Source: an uncultured Eubacteriales bacterium (GTDB lineage Bacteria; Bacillota; Clostridia; Christensenellales; UBA1242). Taken from it: a stretch of DNA of 64,000 nucleotides. The position numbers were made by a program, and so were the translations under genes. Shown here piece by piece: positions 53,307-61,664 of this stretch. How positions within the stretch are numbered: the first letter of the stretch is position 1; each line of letters starts with the position of its first letter. The stretch lies in contig CARUPR010000001.1 of NCBI GenBank assembly GCA_949077035.1, positions 22,443 through 86,442 on the forward strand, written 5' to 3'. The notes beneath the pieces were generated by a model. That model was not told the DNA's origin, did no database searches, and saw nothing but the letters and a program-made list of their open reading frames with translations.

Positions 53307-54023
53307 TTATCTATCTTTGGTGATAGCCAAAAGCAAAAACAACATTCTAAGAAAATAGGCAAGCGAAACCAAAAGTGAAGCCACATAAGTCATTGCTGCT
53401 GCATTAAGAAGTCTATCTGTCCCCTCAACCTCTTCTTGACTTACACAACCCATTTCATATAAAAGTTTTTTAGCCCTAGCCGAAGCATTATATTCAACAG
53501 GCAAAGTAACAAGTGACGCCAAGACAGAAACTGCATATATGCCCACATAAACATAGATTAATATACTGCCCGCAGTCATAAAAAACACAAGATTCATTAT
53601 AAGTCCAATCACCACCATTGGAATCAAAAGCGTGGAAACAAAGTTGCAGGCAGTGACAACAACCTGTCTTAGTTTTAATGCTAAATAATTTTCTTTATCT
53701 TGAAGAGCATGACCAAATTCATGTGCAACGATGGCATGAGCGGCAAGCGATTTTGAGTTGTAGTTTGCCTGTGAAATATTCAATGTTTTTGTCCTTGAAT
53801 TGTAATGGTCACTAAGTGTGCCACGACATGAGCCAATTTTGATGTTCACACCATATTGCTGTGCAAGCATTTCCGCAAGCTGAGCACCTGTCATATCCAA
53901 AGATGAGGAAACATCTTTATATTTGTTAAATGCACTTGACACCTTTCCTTGCGCAACCAATGCAATTATAATGGCAATTATTATTGCAAAGCCGCTGACT
54001 ATATATCCTATATAATACCCCAT
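53307..54023 (-). CDS. YugP-like membrane zinc metallopeptidase (Zn_peptidase_2 family)
   Basis: The SD AAGGAGAA lies upstream. The product has an N-terminal TM helix, 'GAQLAEMLAQ', 'LSDHYNSRTKTLNIS', the HExxH motif 'AHEFGHALQD', 'LPVEYNAS' and C-terminal TM helices. Confidence 0.85.
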   Translation of the reverse strand: MGYYIGYIVSGFAIIIAIIIALVAQGKVSSAFNKYKDVSSSLDMTGAQLAEMLAQQYGVNIKIGSCRGTLSDHYNSRTKTLNISQANYNSKSLAAHAIVAHEFGHALQDKENYLALKLRQVVVTACNFVSTLLIPMVVIGLIMNLVFFMTAGSILIYVYVGIYAVSVLASLVTLPVEYNASARAKKLLYEMGCVSQEEVEGTDRLLNAAAMTYVASLLVSLAYFLRMLFLLLAITKDR

Positions 54024-54110
54024 ATAATTCTCCTTATAAAATTTCTAATTAAAAAGTTTTGATAATTAAATATTTTGCTAACTTAATTATTCATCTGATT
54101 AAATATTTTT

Positions 54111-54821
54111 CTAATTAAATAGTTCTGCTCTTTTTGAAACACCCGTCCAAAACAGCACTATTTTCAAAAATTCTGCCCAATAGGTAAGTCTAGCATCATT
54201 TAAAAATTTTTTACACATTTTAAGTTGCCCCTCATCAAAGACTTCCTTTAAAAATGTCATAGCTTTATTTGATGCATCTTTTTCGATTGAAATTGTTATT
54301 ATCTTTACCACAAGTGCAAGAATAAAGATTAAGATTGCAAATGCAGCAAGCGAACAACCAATTATAAAGAAAGTTTTTCCCAAAAAGAGCATTATAATTC
54401 CTGCAATAAGGCTTGGCATCATCAAAAATTTCAATAATTTACCTAATCTTCTTAATCTGCCCAATTTTTTCAATTTGTTTCCGCTGACATCTTGCAGAGC
54501 ATGACCAAGTTCATGGGCGATTATTGTATAAGAAGCAAGACTATGTTTATGAATGGTGTCTGTTGACAAAAATATTTTACCCTTATAGTAAGCATCTCTT
54601 GCAACACCTGAAATTTGCACAACTTCAATTGGAATTTGAATAAAATTTCTGACAACAAAATTTACAAATTCTATTGGTGAAAGTCTTGTATTTGCTTCAA
54701 TATTGTTCATTTCTTCATATTTTTGCATAAACTTCTCGCCCGAATAATTTGCAACTGCAAGCAGAAAACATAAAAATACCAATATGGCAATTACGCCGAT
54801 AATTATAAACCAAGTATTCAT
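54111..54821 (-). CDS. Second, more divergent YugP-like membrane zinc metallopeptidase paralogue
   Basis: The layout is the same: an N-terminal TM helix, 'AHELGHALQD', 'SIEKDAS' and C-terminal TM helices. There is no SD. TATAAA lies 8 nt upstream of the ATG. Confidence 0.8.
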   Translation of the reverse strand: MNTWFIIIGVIAILVFLCFLLAVANYSGEKFMQKYEEMNNIEANTRLSPIEFVNFVVRNFIQIPIEVVQISGVARDAYYKGKIFLSTDTIHKHSLASYTIIAHELGHALQDVSGNKLKKLGRLRRLGKLLKFLMMPSLIAGIIMLFLGKTFFIIGCSLAAFAILIFILALVVKIITISIEKDASNKAMTFLKEVFDEGQLKMCKKFLNDARLTYWAEFLKIVLFWTGVSKRAELFN

Positions 54822-55023
54822 AGTTCTATTTTATATCATTTTTAAATTTTAAGCAAACAAATTAGGCTGTTTTTTCTTTTTGACTGATTTGTTATTAAAT
54901 AAACTCCTTTTACGCAAGCTTGCTCTTATAACCAATTTGTTTTTAACTATTTTCCATTTTAAATAATTTTATTAAAAGAGTTGTAATTTTAAATAAAAAG
55001 TTTTCAAAAGGTTGAAATGTTAG

Positions 55024-56904
55024 CTAATTTGTAATTAAAAGTATAGTAGAGCCTTTTGCCAAAGTTGTGCCAACTGGTGGCAACTGCCTTTCAATAAATT
55101 CACCTTCACCATCAAGTTCATACTCAAGTCCAAGTTCTTTCAAAATAACAGCACAATCGGTCAAACTTTTTCCCACAATATCAGGCATTTCAACCCATTC
55201 TATCACTATACTCTCATCCTGTTTTTGTTCTCCTAAATAATCAAATAAATTGATAAAAATCTCCTTTCCATAAGGTGCAGCGACAATACTTCCATAATAG
55301 GCACCATTGCTTGGCTCATCAACCATAATAAAAACTATATATTTAGGGTTATCTGCCGGATAGGTGCCAATAAAACTTGATATATATTTTCCAGTATCAA
55401 TACCACCCGTTTCTTTATATTTTTGTGCCGTTCCTGTCTTTCCTCCAATATTATAGCCTTCAACGAAGGTATATTTCCCGGTCTTATTTTCTGCAAATTC
55501 AAGCAGCCCATTTACAAGATTTGAGGTTTGAGAGCTTATAATCTTATCAACCTTTCGTGCTTTGACTGTTGGCGAGCCACCCACAATCAAATGAGGACTG
55601 TTGAAAGTTCCGCCATTTATAATAGAACTTACCGCACTTAAAAGTTGCATTGGCGTAAGAGCAATAGCATGACCAAAACCCATACGAGCAAGGTCAACAT
55701 TTTTGACCAATTTTTTAGCCATTAAAATACCACCTGCTTCACCCGACACATCAAGCCCTGTCTTTTGACCAAGCCCAAATTTTGTCATATAACTATAAAA
55801 TTTATCTACGCCAAGCCTGAGTGCCAAGTCCATAAAGCAACAGTTGCATGAATTTGCAAAAGCTTCAGTCAAAGTTTGGCTGCCATGCCCGATTGTTCGC
55901 CAGCATTTTATCCTTATTCCGTCAACAATTCTAAAGCCAGGACAATAAAACCTGTCTTCAAGTGAAGTCAACCCTTCTTCAAGTGCAGCAGCGACAGTCA
56001 AAATTTTGAATGTTGAGCCCGGCTCATAAATATCGGTGGCAGGTTTAATTTTACTATAGGCAAAAAGGCTTTCAAGGTCATCACGTGGCACTTCATTTAA
56101 GTCAAAACTTGGCTTTGATGACATAGATAAAACTTCACCATTTTCGGCATTTAAAATAATTCCTGTCACACTTTTTGCTTTTTGTTCTATCATTATTTTT
56201 TCAAGAGTTTGTTCTACAATAAGCTGCATTTTGCTGTCAATGGCAAGAGTCAAATCACTGCCCGGTTTTGCACCAACATAATATCTAAGTGAGCCGCCAA
56301 TTTCCTTTCCTTGCAGGTCACTTTGCACATAACTGAAACCATCTTTTCCCTTTAAAAGGTCATTATAAAAAGCTTCCACCCCAGTTTGACCAACATTGTC
56401 AATGCTTATAAAGCCAAGTACTTGAGTGAGCAAATTTCCATATGTGTAATATCTATTTGAGTTTTCTGCAAGATATACACCTGGCAAATTTAGTGCATAT
56501 ATTTCTTCAGCCTTTTCACCCTCGATTTGCATTTTAATCAAAACTTCACTGGCATTTTTCTTGCTAATTTTGGTGTAAACCCCCTCAAAAGAAAGCTCTA
56601 AAATTTCTGAAAGATGAATGGCTGTTTGTGATTTGTCTTTGACCTCTCTTGCCCTGACATAGACATTGTAGGTTGTATAACTGACAGCCAAAGCAGAACC
56701 TGTCCTATCATAAATTGTCCCTCTTGGAGCAACGATTGCAAGGTCTCTTGTCCACTGGTCAGTAGCCCTTGACTGCAAATCTTTTCCATTTATAATTTGC
56801 AAAACAAAAAGTCTGACAACAAGCGAGCAAAAAATAAAGGATATGACTAATAAAATAGCCAATATCCTTTTTTTTAATGAAAATAATGTAAAGGCTTTAT
56901 TCAA
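55024..56904 (-). CDS. Class B penicillin-binding protein (PBP2B/FtsI-type) with one C-terminal PASTA domain
   Basis: The N-terminal anchor is 'ILAILLVISFIFCSLVV'. Transpeptidase motifs are STFK ('PGSTFKILT'), SCN ('ANSCNCCF') and KTGT ('GGKTGTAQ'). The PASTA-like C-terminus reads 'MPDIVGKSLTDCAVILKELGL'. I prefer the TTG at 56904, which lies 6 nt after GGAGG. The ORF-track ATG at 56940 would overlap the upstream gene by 34 nt. Confidence 0.9.
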   Translation of the reverse strand: MNKAFTLFSLKKRILAILLVISFIFCSLVVRLFVLQIINGKDLQSRATDQWTRDLAIVAPRGTIYDRTGSALAVSYTTYNVYVRAREVKDKSQTAIHLSEILELSFEGVYTKISKKNASEVLIKMQIEGEKAEEIYALNLPGVYLAENSNRYYTYGNLLTQVLGFISIDNVGQTGVEAFYNDLLKGKDGFSYVQSDLQGKEIGGSLRYYVGAKPGSDLTLAIDSKMQLIVEQTLEKIMIEQKAKSVTGIILNAENGEVLSMSSKPSFDLNEVPRDDLESLFAYSKIKPATDIYEPGSTFKILTVAAALEEGLTSLEDRFYCPGFRIVDGIRIKCWRTIGHGSQTLTEAFANSCNCCFMDLALRLGVDKFYSYMTKFGLGQKTGLDVSGEAGGILMAKKLVKNVDLARMGFGHAIALTPMQLLSAVSSIINGGTFNSPHLIVGGSPTVKARKVDKIISSQTSNLVNGLLEFAENKTGKYTFVEGYNIGGKTGTAQKYKETGGIDTGKYISSFIGTYPADNPKYIVFIMVDEPSNGAYYGSIVAAPYGKEIFINLFDYLGEQKQDESIVIEWVEMPDIVGKSLTDCAVILKELGLEYELDGEGEFIERQLPPVGTTLAKGSTILLITN

Positions 56905-56906
56905 AG

Positions 56907-57566
56907 CTAACCTCCAAATAAGCCTCCTATGAAATTGCAAAATCTGTCAAACCAATTTGATTGTGCATCGATTTGAGTTGGTGGGACACTTTCATCAGGA
57001 ATGGTTTCAAAAAGATTTTTCATGTTTTCAGAATTTGTCACATCAAGCATATAAAGGTTTTTAAGATAGTTTATAAGGTTGATTTCATATTGAGATGAAA
57101 CTTGGGATATCTGACTTGAAACATTTTCAATATTTGCAATATTGACAGTCCCCCAAATGGTAAACAACGCAAATATGACCGAAATCAATATTATTTTAAA
57201 CTTGCTTGGATTTGCCTTTTTTGTGCTTTCAACATTCTTAAAAACAAAGACCTTTTTACGTTCGCTTTCGCTAAGCGTGTCCATCGTATCATAGTTTGGC
57301 TTTTCTATTACCTGAGAAACTTTGCTTTCGATACGATTAATTTCCTCTTCTTCCTGATTATATTTTTGTTTCAATCTCTCAACTTGAGATGAAGGAAAAC
57401 TTGAAGCAGAGAATATATTAATCGACTCTTGCGTTGAATTGCTTTTTTCAGGCAAAGCTTTTTGGGTTGAAACCTGCTCTTCCTGCTTGATAGCAATTTC
57501 AACTTCGCTTTCAATTTCAACTTTCTTTTCGGTCAAAACTTCTTTAAGCAAAGTTCTATCACTCAT
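56907..57566 (-). CDS. Bitopic membrane protein in the ftsL position of the dcw cluster (FtsL-like by position only)
   Basis: The ATG at 57566 follows GGGAGGTG. The product has ~125 aa of acidic/Ser-rich cytoplasmic region, one TM helix 'FKIILISVIFALFTIWGTVNIA' and a ~75-aa extracytoplasmic part. Confidence 0.6.
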   Translation of the reverse strand: MSDRTLLKEVLTEKKVEIESEVEIAIKQEEQVSTQKALPEKSNSTQESINIFSASSFPSSQVERLKQKYNQEEEEINRIESKVSQVIEKPNYDTMDTLSESERKKVFVFKNVESTKKANPSKFKIILISVIFALFTIWGTVNIANIENVSSQISQVSSQYEINLINYLKNLYMLDVTNSENMKNLFETIPDESVPPTQIDAQSNWFDRFCNFIGGLFGG

Positions 57567-57755
57567 AATATATTCACCTCCCTTCATATGTATTACTGAT
57601 TATAATCATCAAAACTGATTAAATTTTGCATTTTAAAATTGATTAATTTTTTTCATTGGTTTTTAAATAATTTGCTGTAAATTTATTATTTTTGCAGTAA
57701 AAACCGCATTTTTTTGATAATTTTTCTAAAATTTTATTGAAATTTTAATAAATTA

Positions 57756-58691
57756 TCAGATTTTTTCAATAATCCTCAATTTCGCACTGCTGCTTCTTGA
57801 ATTTAAAGAAAGCTCTTTATCACCTGCAATTATCGGCTTATTGTTGATAAGTTTTACCTCTGCTTTATGACCGCAGATGCAAATTGGTGTTCTTGGCGGA
57901 CATATACAATCTGTTGCAAATTCTCTAAAAACATTTTTGACAATTCTATCTTCCAAACTATGAAAGGTTATGACAGCAAGTCTTCCGCCTGTTTTTAAGA
58001 CAGCAATTGTTTCGCGAAGAAATTTGTCAAGGTTTTCAAGCTCGCCATTCACTTCAATTCTGATTGCTTGAAAGGTCTTTTTGGAAACACCGCCCTTGCC
58101 ATATATCACCTTTTTTGGAAAAGAACTTTCGATGATTTCCTTAAGTTCGGTGGTGGTTTCAATTGGTTTTATCGCCCTTCTCGCACAGATGTTTTCAACA
58201 ATGCGTCTAGCATTATTTTCTTCACCATATCGATATAAAATTTGAATAAGTTTATCCTTAGGATAATTATTTACAACATAGTATCCATCAATCTCTTGCG
58301 AGGTATCCATTCTCATATCAAGTCTGCCTTCATGAAGAAAACTGAATCCTCTTTCTCCATTGTCTATTTGATAAGAACTTACCCCTAAGTCGACAAGCAC
58401 GCCATCAATTTCACCTGCATAACCCATATGAGAAATAATCTGTGGTGCCTGTTTAAAGTTTGAATGTATCACTTGAACATTTGTCAATTTGTTAAATCGA
58501 GATTTGCAGACATTCACCGCATCCAAATCTCTATCAAAACCGATAAGTTTTCCCCTTTTAGAAAGGTTTGAGGCAATCACGCTTGAGTGACCGCCTCCCC
58601 CCATTGTGCAATCTACATAGATGCCATCTTCTTTTATGTTTAGCCCTTCAATCACTTCGTTTAGAAGGACTGGAATATGTTTAAACTCCAT
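57756..58691 (-). CDS. rsmH: 16S rRNA (cytosine1402-N4)-methyltransferase
   Basis: The start is 'HIPVLLNEV'. The SAM-binding motif is 'DCTMGGGGHS', and 'DLGVSSYQ', 'GFSF' and 'ITFHSLEDR' are also present. The gene ends in a TGA stop followed directly by TAA. Confidence 0.95.
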   Translation of the reverse strand: MEFKHIPVLLNEVIEGLNIKEDGIYVDCTMGGGGHSSVIASNLSKRGKLIGFDRDLDAVNVCKSRFNKLTNVQVIHSNFKQAPQIISHMGYAGEIDGVLVDLGVSSYQIDNGERGFSFLHEGRLDMRMDTSQEIDGYYVVNNYPKDKLIQILYRYGEENNARRIVENICARRAIKPIETTTELKEIIESSFPKKVIYGKGGVSKKTFQAIRIEVNGELENLDKFLRETIAVLKTGGRLAVITFHSLEDRIVKNVFREFATDCICPPRTPICICGHKAEVKLINNKPIIAGDKELSLNSRSSSAKLRIIEKI

Positions 58692-58700
58692 TTTTTTCCT

Positions 58701-61238
58701 TTAAGCTTGCGCTAAAATATCTTCTATCATTCCGACAAGTTTGTCAAAATCAATATTTAATAATGTTTCAATATCCAAATCAGTCACACCCAGCTCTTCA
58801 AGAAGTTGTGCATTTTTTGCAATTTCTGCCAAAGTATCGGTATAAGCTTCTTCAAAGCTTTCTACAAGAGCCTGATAACAACCTTTGAATATTCCCTCTT
58901 CTTCCTTGCCATTTAAAGTTCTATAAGCGTTCAACTTCATAGCTTCAAGAAGGTCTGAAAGAGCCTGACGATTGATATTTTCAATTCCTGCATCCAAATT
59001 GCCATTGATTGCAACAAATTTTTTGAGTATGTTGCAGATTTCCTGTGTTTGACTCTCTTCGCCAGAGAAGCTTACCCCTTGGGTTGAGATGACAATATCT
59101 TTATTTGTAAGGGTAGAAAGTTGTGATGCAATATTATTAAACAAACTTTCTTTCAATGAAGCAGTTGATTTTGCATTTAATACAGGAGCAAATACATTGT
59201 CTATATCTTCAGCATCAATATTGTTGATAATCTTTTCAACTTCGCCATTTACAACAAGTTTTAAATAGCTTTCTTCGCCAACCTTCTTGCTGTTTAAAGT
59301 GACAAATACATTTGAAATATATCCCAAATCACTCTTCCATTCATCATAATTTGTAAGAAGTGAAAGGTCTAACAATTCTGCACTTAAGTTTTCTACAATT
59401 TTATCTATAATAAGTTTATTAGTAAATTCTACCTGATAAAGAGGAAGAATTATTTGACTTAAAATTTCTTCATTTCCTTCTTTTGAAAGGATATTTGCAA
59501 CAGCATCCATTATTTCTTCATCTGAAGAGGTGCTGTTTATAACAGTATTATATAAATCTTCATCTCTTACAATTTCAACAGATTGAGAAACAAATTCAAG
59601 AAGTTGTTTATAATTTCTTATTTCAACACAGTTTCCTTGGTTGTCAATGAGAGAATTTTCTGGTAATTTCAAATTCTTATCATTTAAAAGCTTGTCAACG
59701 ATAGGTTTTCCTGCCTCTGTTTGAAGCAATTTGTTTTCTCTTACTTTATCAACCATGCCACCTATCTTAGACAAGATTAAATTTAAATCATAATTTTTTT
59801 CTTTATCTAAAAGAATTGCTGGGTCATCAATTACCGCCCCAATATCAACTTCATTTATTATGACTGACATATCCTTCAATATCTCTGTAAGTGATGTTGC
59901 AATTTCCTTCCAGCCATTCTCGCTTATATCCGCGCTATCAACGCCAATGTTATCAAGTTCTAATGAAAGCTTATCAATCACCTTTTGAGTTACACTTGAA
60001 ATGCTGTCTTTGATTAAATTTATTTTAAATACCTTATTTATTCCATCTTCAATTACAGCAATATTTTTATCAGTTGTCAAAACATTTATAATTGTTTTTT
60101 CATCTTTATCTTCAACAGCAACAACATCATTGACTATTCCGCTTTTTCCGATAGTTTTAAAGGTATTGACCATAGTAAGAATATCATTTCTGAAATAGCT
60201 GCCAGTTTGTTGCATTTCAGCCAAACGTTGACCTATATCAATAAATATATCTTCAAATTCAAAATTTTCGCCAAAGAAAGAATACTTTTCATAATTTATA
60301 ATCATGTCAGAAATTGTTGGAGAAACCACATAATTAAACAATTCTGATTTGGTAAATTCATCAACCGCTTTTACAAGCTTGTCATAGTTTACCTTTGTCC
60401 AATCAAGTTTGTTTAAATCTTGATTGCTGAGTTGATAACCAAAATCTGCAATTTGATAAACCTCTTCAATTTCCTTTCTTACCTTTACCCTTCCGCCATC
60501 AACCTTTGCACTTGCATAATAATCAAGCATTGCATTATCAAGGCCAAACAAACTGCTGCATTTGGTAAGGAAATTGTTTTCTAAACCCTTTATAACAATC
60601 ACCGCCTGCTCTGGCAATTTATCCAAAATAAGAGAAGAGTTTTTGTCATCTTTGCTGTTTTGTTGTGTTTCAGTTTGCGCAACAGCAACAAAATTATAAT
60701 CATTTGCAGTTGTCATTTTATTTGCAAAACCGATAAGTCCTGCAAGAGGCATAAATGCAATGATGGTGACAATAAATGCTTTTGCCACGCCAACAAGACC
60801 ACCAAACAACCTTCCACCCTTTGCGCCTTTAAGGAAGGTGAAATTGCATATTTTATAGATAATATACATCACAATTTCAATAGCAATTGTCACAAGTATA
60901 AACATTATAACATTGCAAAGTGCACCTGGAAGATTTACAACAAGCAATTCAAGGTTTTTATTTGCACTTATCATCTGCCTTAAATCACCCACAGATAAAA
61001 TCATTTCAAGCAGGATATTTTGCAAACTAACCTGACTTCCTTCATATTCAACCTCAATGCCTAAAATAGCATTTGTAATCAATGGTGTCACAAAGAATGC
61101 AACAATGACACCCACAACCGAGAAGATTAGATTTACTGTCGAGCGTTTAAACCCTCTCCAGAACCCAACAAAAAAGCCGCCTAATAAAATCACCGCAAAT
61201 AAGAGTGAAACGATAACAGCTATTATAGTAGAACTCAT
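58701..61238 (-). CDS. CvpA-family membrane domain (first ~170 aa, 4 TM) fused to a ~670-aa acidic, helix-rich domain of unknown function
   Basis: The SD AAAGGAG lies upstream. The N-terminus reads 'IIAVIVSLLFAVILLGGFFVGFWRGFKRSTVNLIFSVVGVIVAFF' and 'RLFGGLVGVAKAFIVTIIAF', the CvpA pattern. The remainder has no TM helix and is Asp/Glu/Asn/Ile/Leu-rich. The stop lies 9 nt upstream of the rsmH ATG. Confidence 0.75.
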   Translation of the reverse strand: MSSTIIAVIVSLLFAVILLGGFFVGFWRGFKRSTVNLIFSVVGVIVAFFVTPLITNAILGIEVEYEGSQVSLQNILLEMILSVGDLRQMISANKNLELLVVNLPGALCNVIMFILVTIAIEIVMYIIYKICNFTFLKGAKGGRLFGGLVGVAKAFIVTIIAFMPLAGLIGFANKMTTANDYNFVAVAQTETQQNSKDDKNSSLILDKLPEQAVIVIKGLENNFLTKCSSLFGLDNAMLDYYASAKVDGGRVKVRKEIEEVYQIADFGYQLSNQDLNKLDWTKVNYDKLVKAVDEFTKSELFNYVVSPTISDMIINYEKYSFFGENFEFEDIFIDIGQRLAEMQQTGSYFRNDILTMVNTFKTIGKSGIVNDVVAVEDKDEKTIINVLTTDKNIAVIEDGINKVFKINLIKDSISSVTQKVIDKLSLELDNIGVDSADISENGWKEIATSLTEILKDMSVIINEVDIGAVIDDPAILLDKEKNYDLNLILSKIGGMVDKVRENKLLQTEAGKPIVDKLLNDKNLKLPENSLIDNQGNCVEIRNYKQLLEFVSQSVEIVRDEDLYNTVINSTSSDEEIMDAVANILSKEGNEEILSQIILPLYQVEFTNKLIIDKIVENLSAELLDLSLLTNYDEWKSDLGYISNVFVTLNSKKVGEESYLKLVVNGEVEKIINNIDAEDIDNVFAPVLNAKSTASLKESLFNNIASQLSTLTNKDIVISTQGVSFSGEESQTQEICNILKKFVAINGNLDAGIENINRQALSDLLEAMKLNAYRTLNGKEEEGIFKGCYQALVESFEEAYTDTLAEIAKNAQLLEELGVTDLDIETLLNIDFDKLVGMIEDILAQA

Positions 61239-61556
61239 TATAAACTCCTTTTAACAAGACTATTTTAACATATTTTAAGCCAGCAATCAATCTTTTTCTA
61301 AAATATTTTTATAATTATTTTTAGATAAATTCATAATTATTTTTAGACATTTTCAATTTAGTTTAATCAAAAATCTATAAAAAACTCACTTGAATTTCTG
61401 CAAATCCAAATCAAAATGCCGGCAAAAGAGCAATAATATTTTTTTACAAAATAATAGCAAAAATTTTTTTAATAGCTCTTCAATCTTATTGCTCATGGGT
61501 ATGTTATAAATAAATAACAAAGGCGTCATTTTTGAAAAATTTGTTGTCAAAAAATG

Positions 61557-61585
61557 TTGACATTAAAATTAAAAAGTTTTAATAT
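61557..61585 (+). promoter_or_regulatory. Sigma-A-type promoter TTGACA-17-TAATAT upstream of nrdD
   Basis: TTGACA is at 61557-61562 and TAATAT at 61580-61585. Confidence 0.5.
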
Positions 61586-61597
61586 ATACACTGAACG

Positions 61598-61644
61598 ACA
61601 CTAAATGTGCTAATTGCAAAAACTTTACATACAATATATAGTGT
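61598..61644. promoter_or_regulatory. Probable NrdR operator (two NrdR boxes)
   Basis: Box 2, ATACAATATATAGTGT (61629-61644), matches 15/16 of my recalled consensus acaCwAtATaTwGtgt. Box 1, ACACTAAATGTGCTAA (61598-61613), matches ~10/16 with a perfect left half. The box centres are 31 bp apart, as is typical for NrdR box pairs. Confidence 0.6.
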
Positions 61645-61664
61645 TTTATTAAAAAGGAGATATT

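Noticed and set aside
58692-61664. mraZ gene or MraZ-box repeats upstream of rsmH
   Set aside because: No SpoVT/AbrB-like small ORF is present. The space is fully occupied by the CvpA-fusion gene. The absence is reported under that finding.
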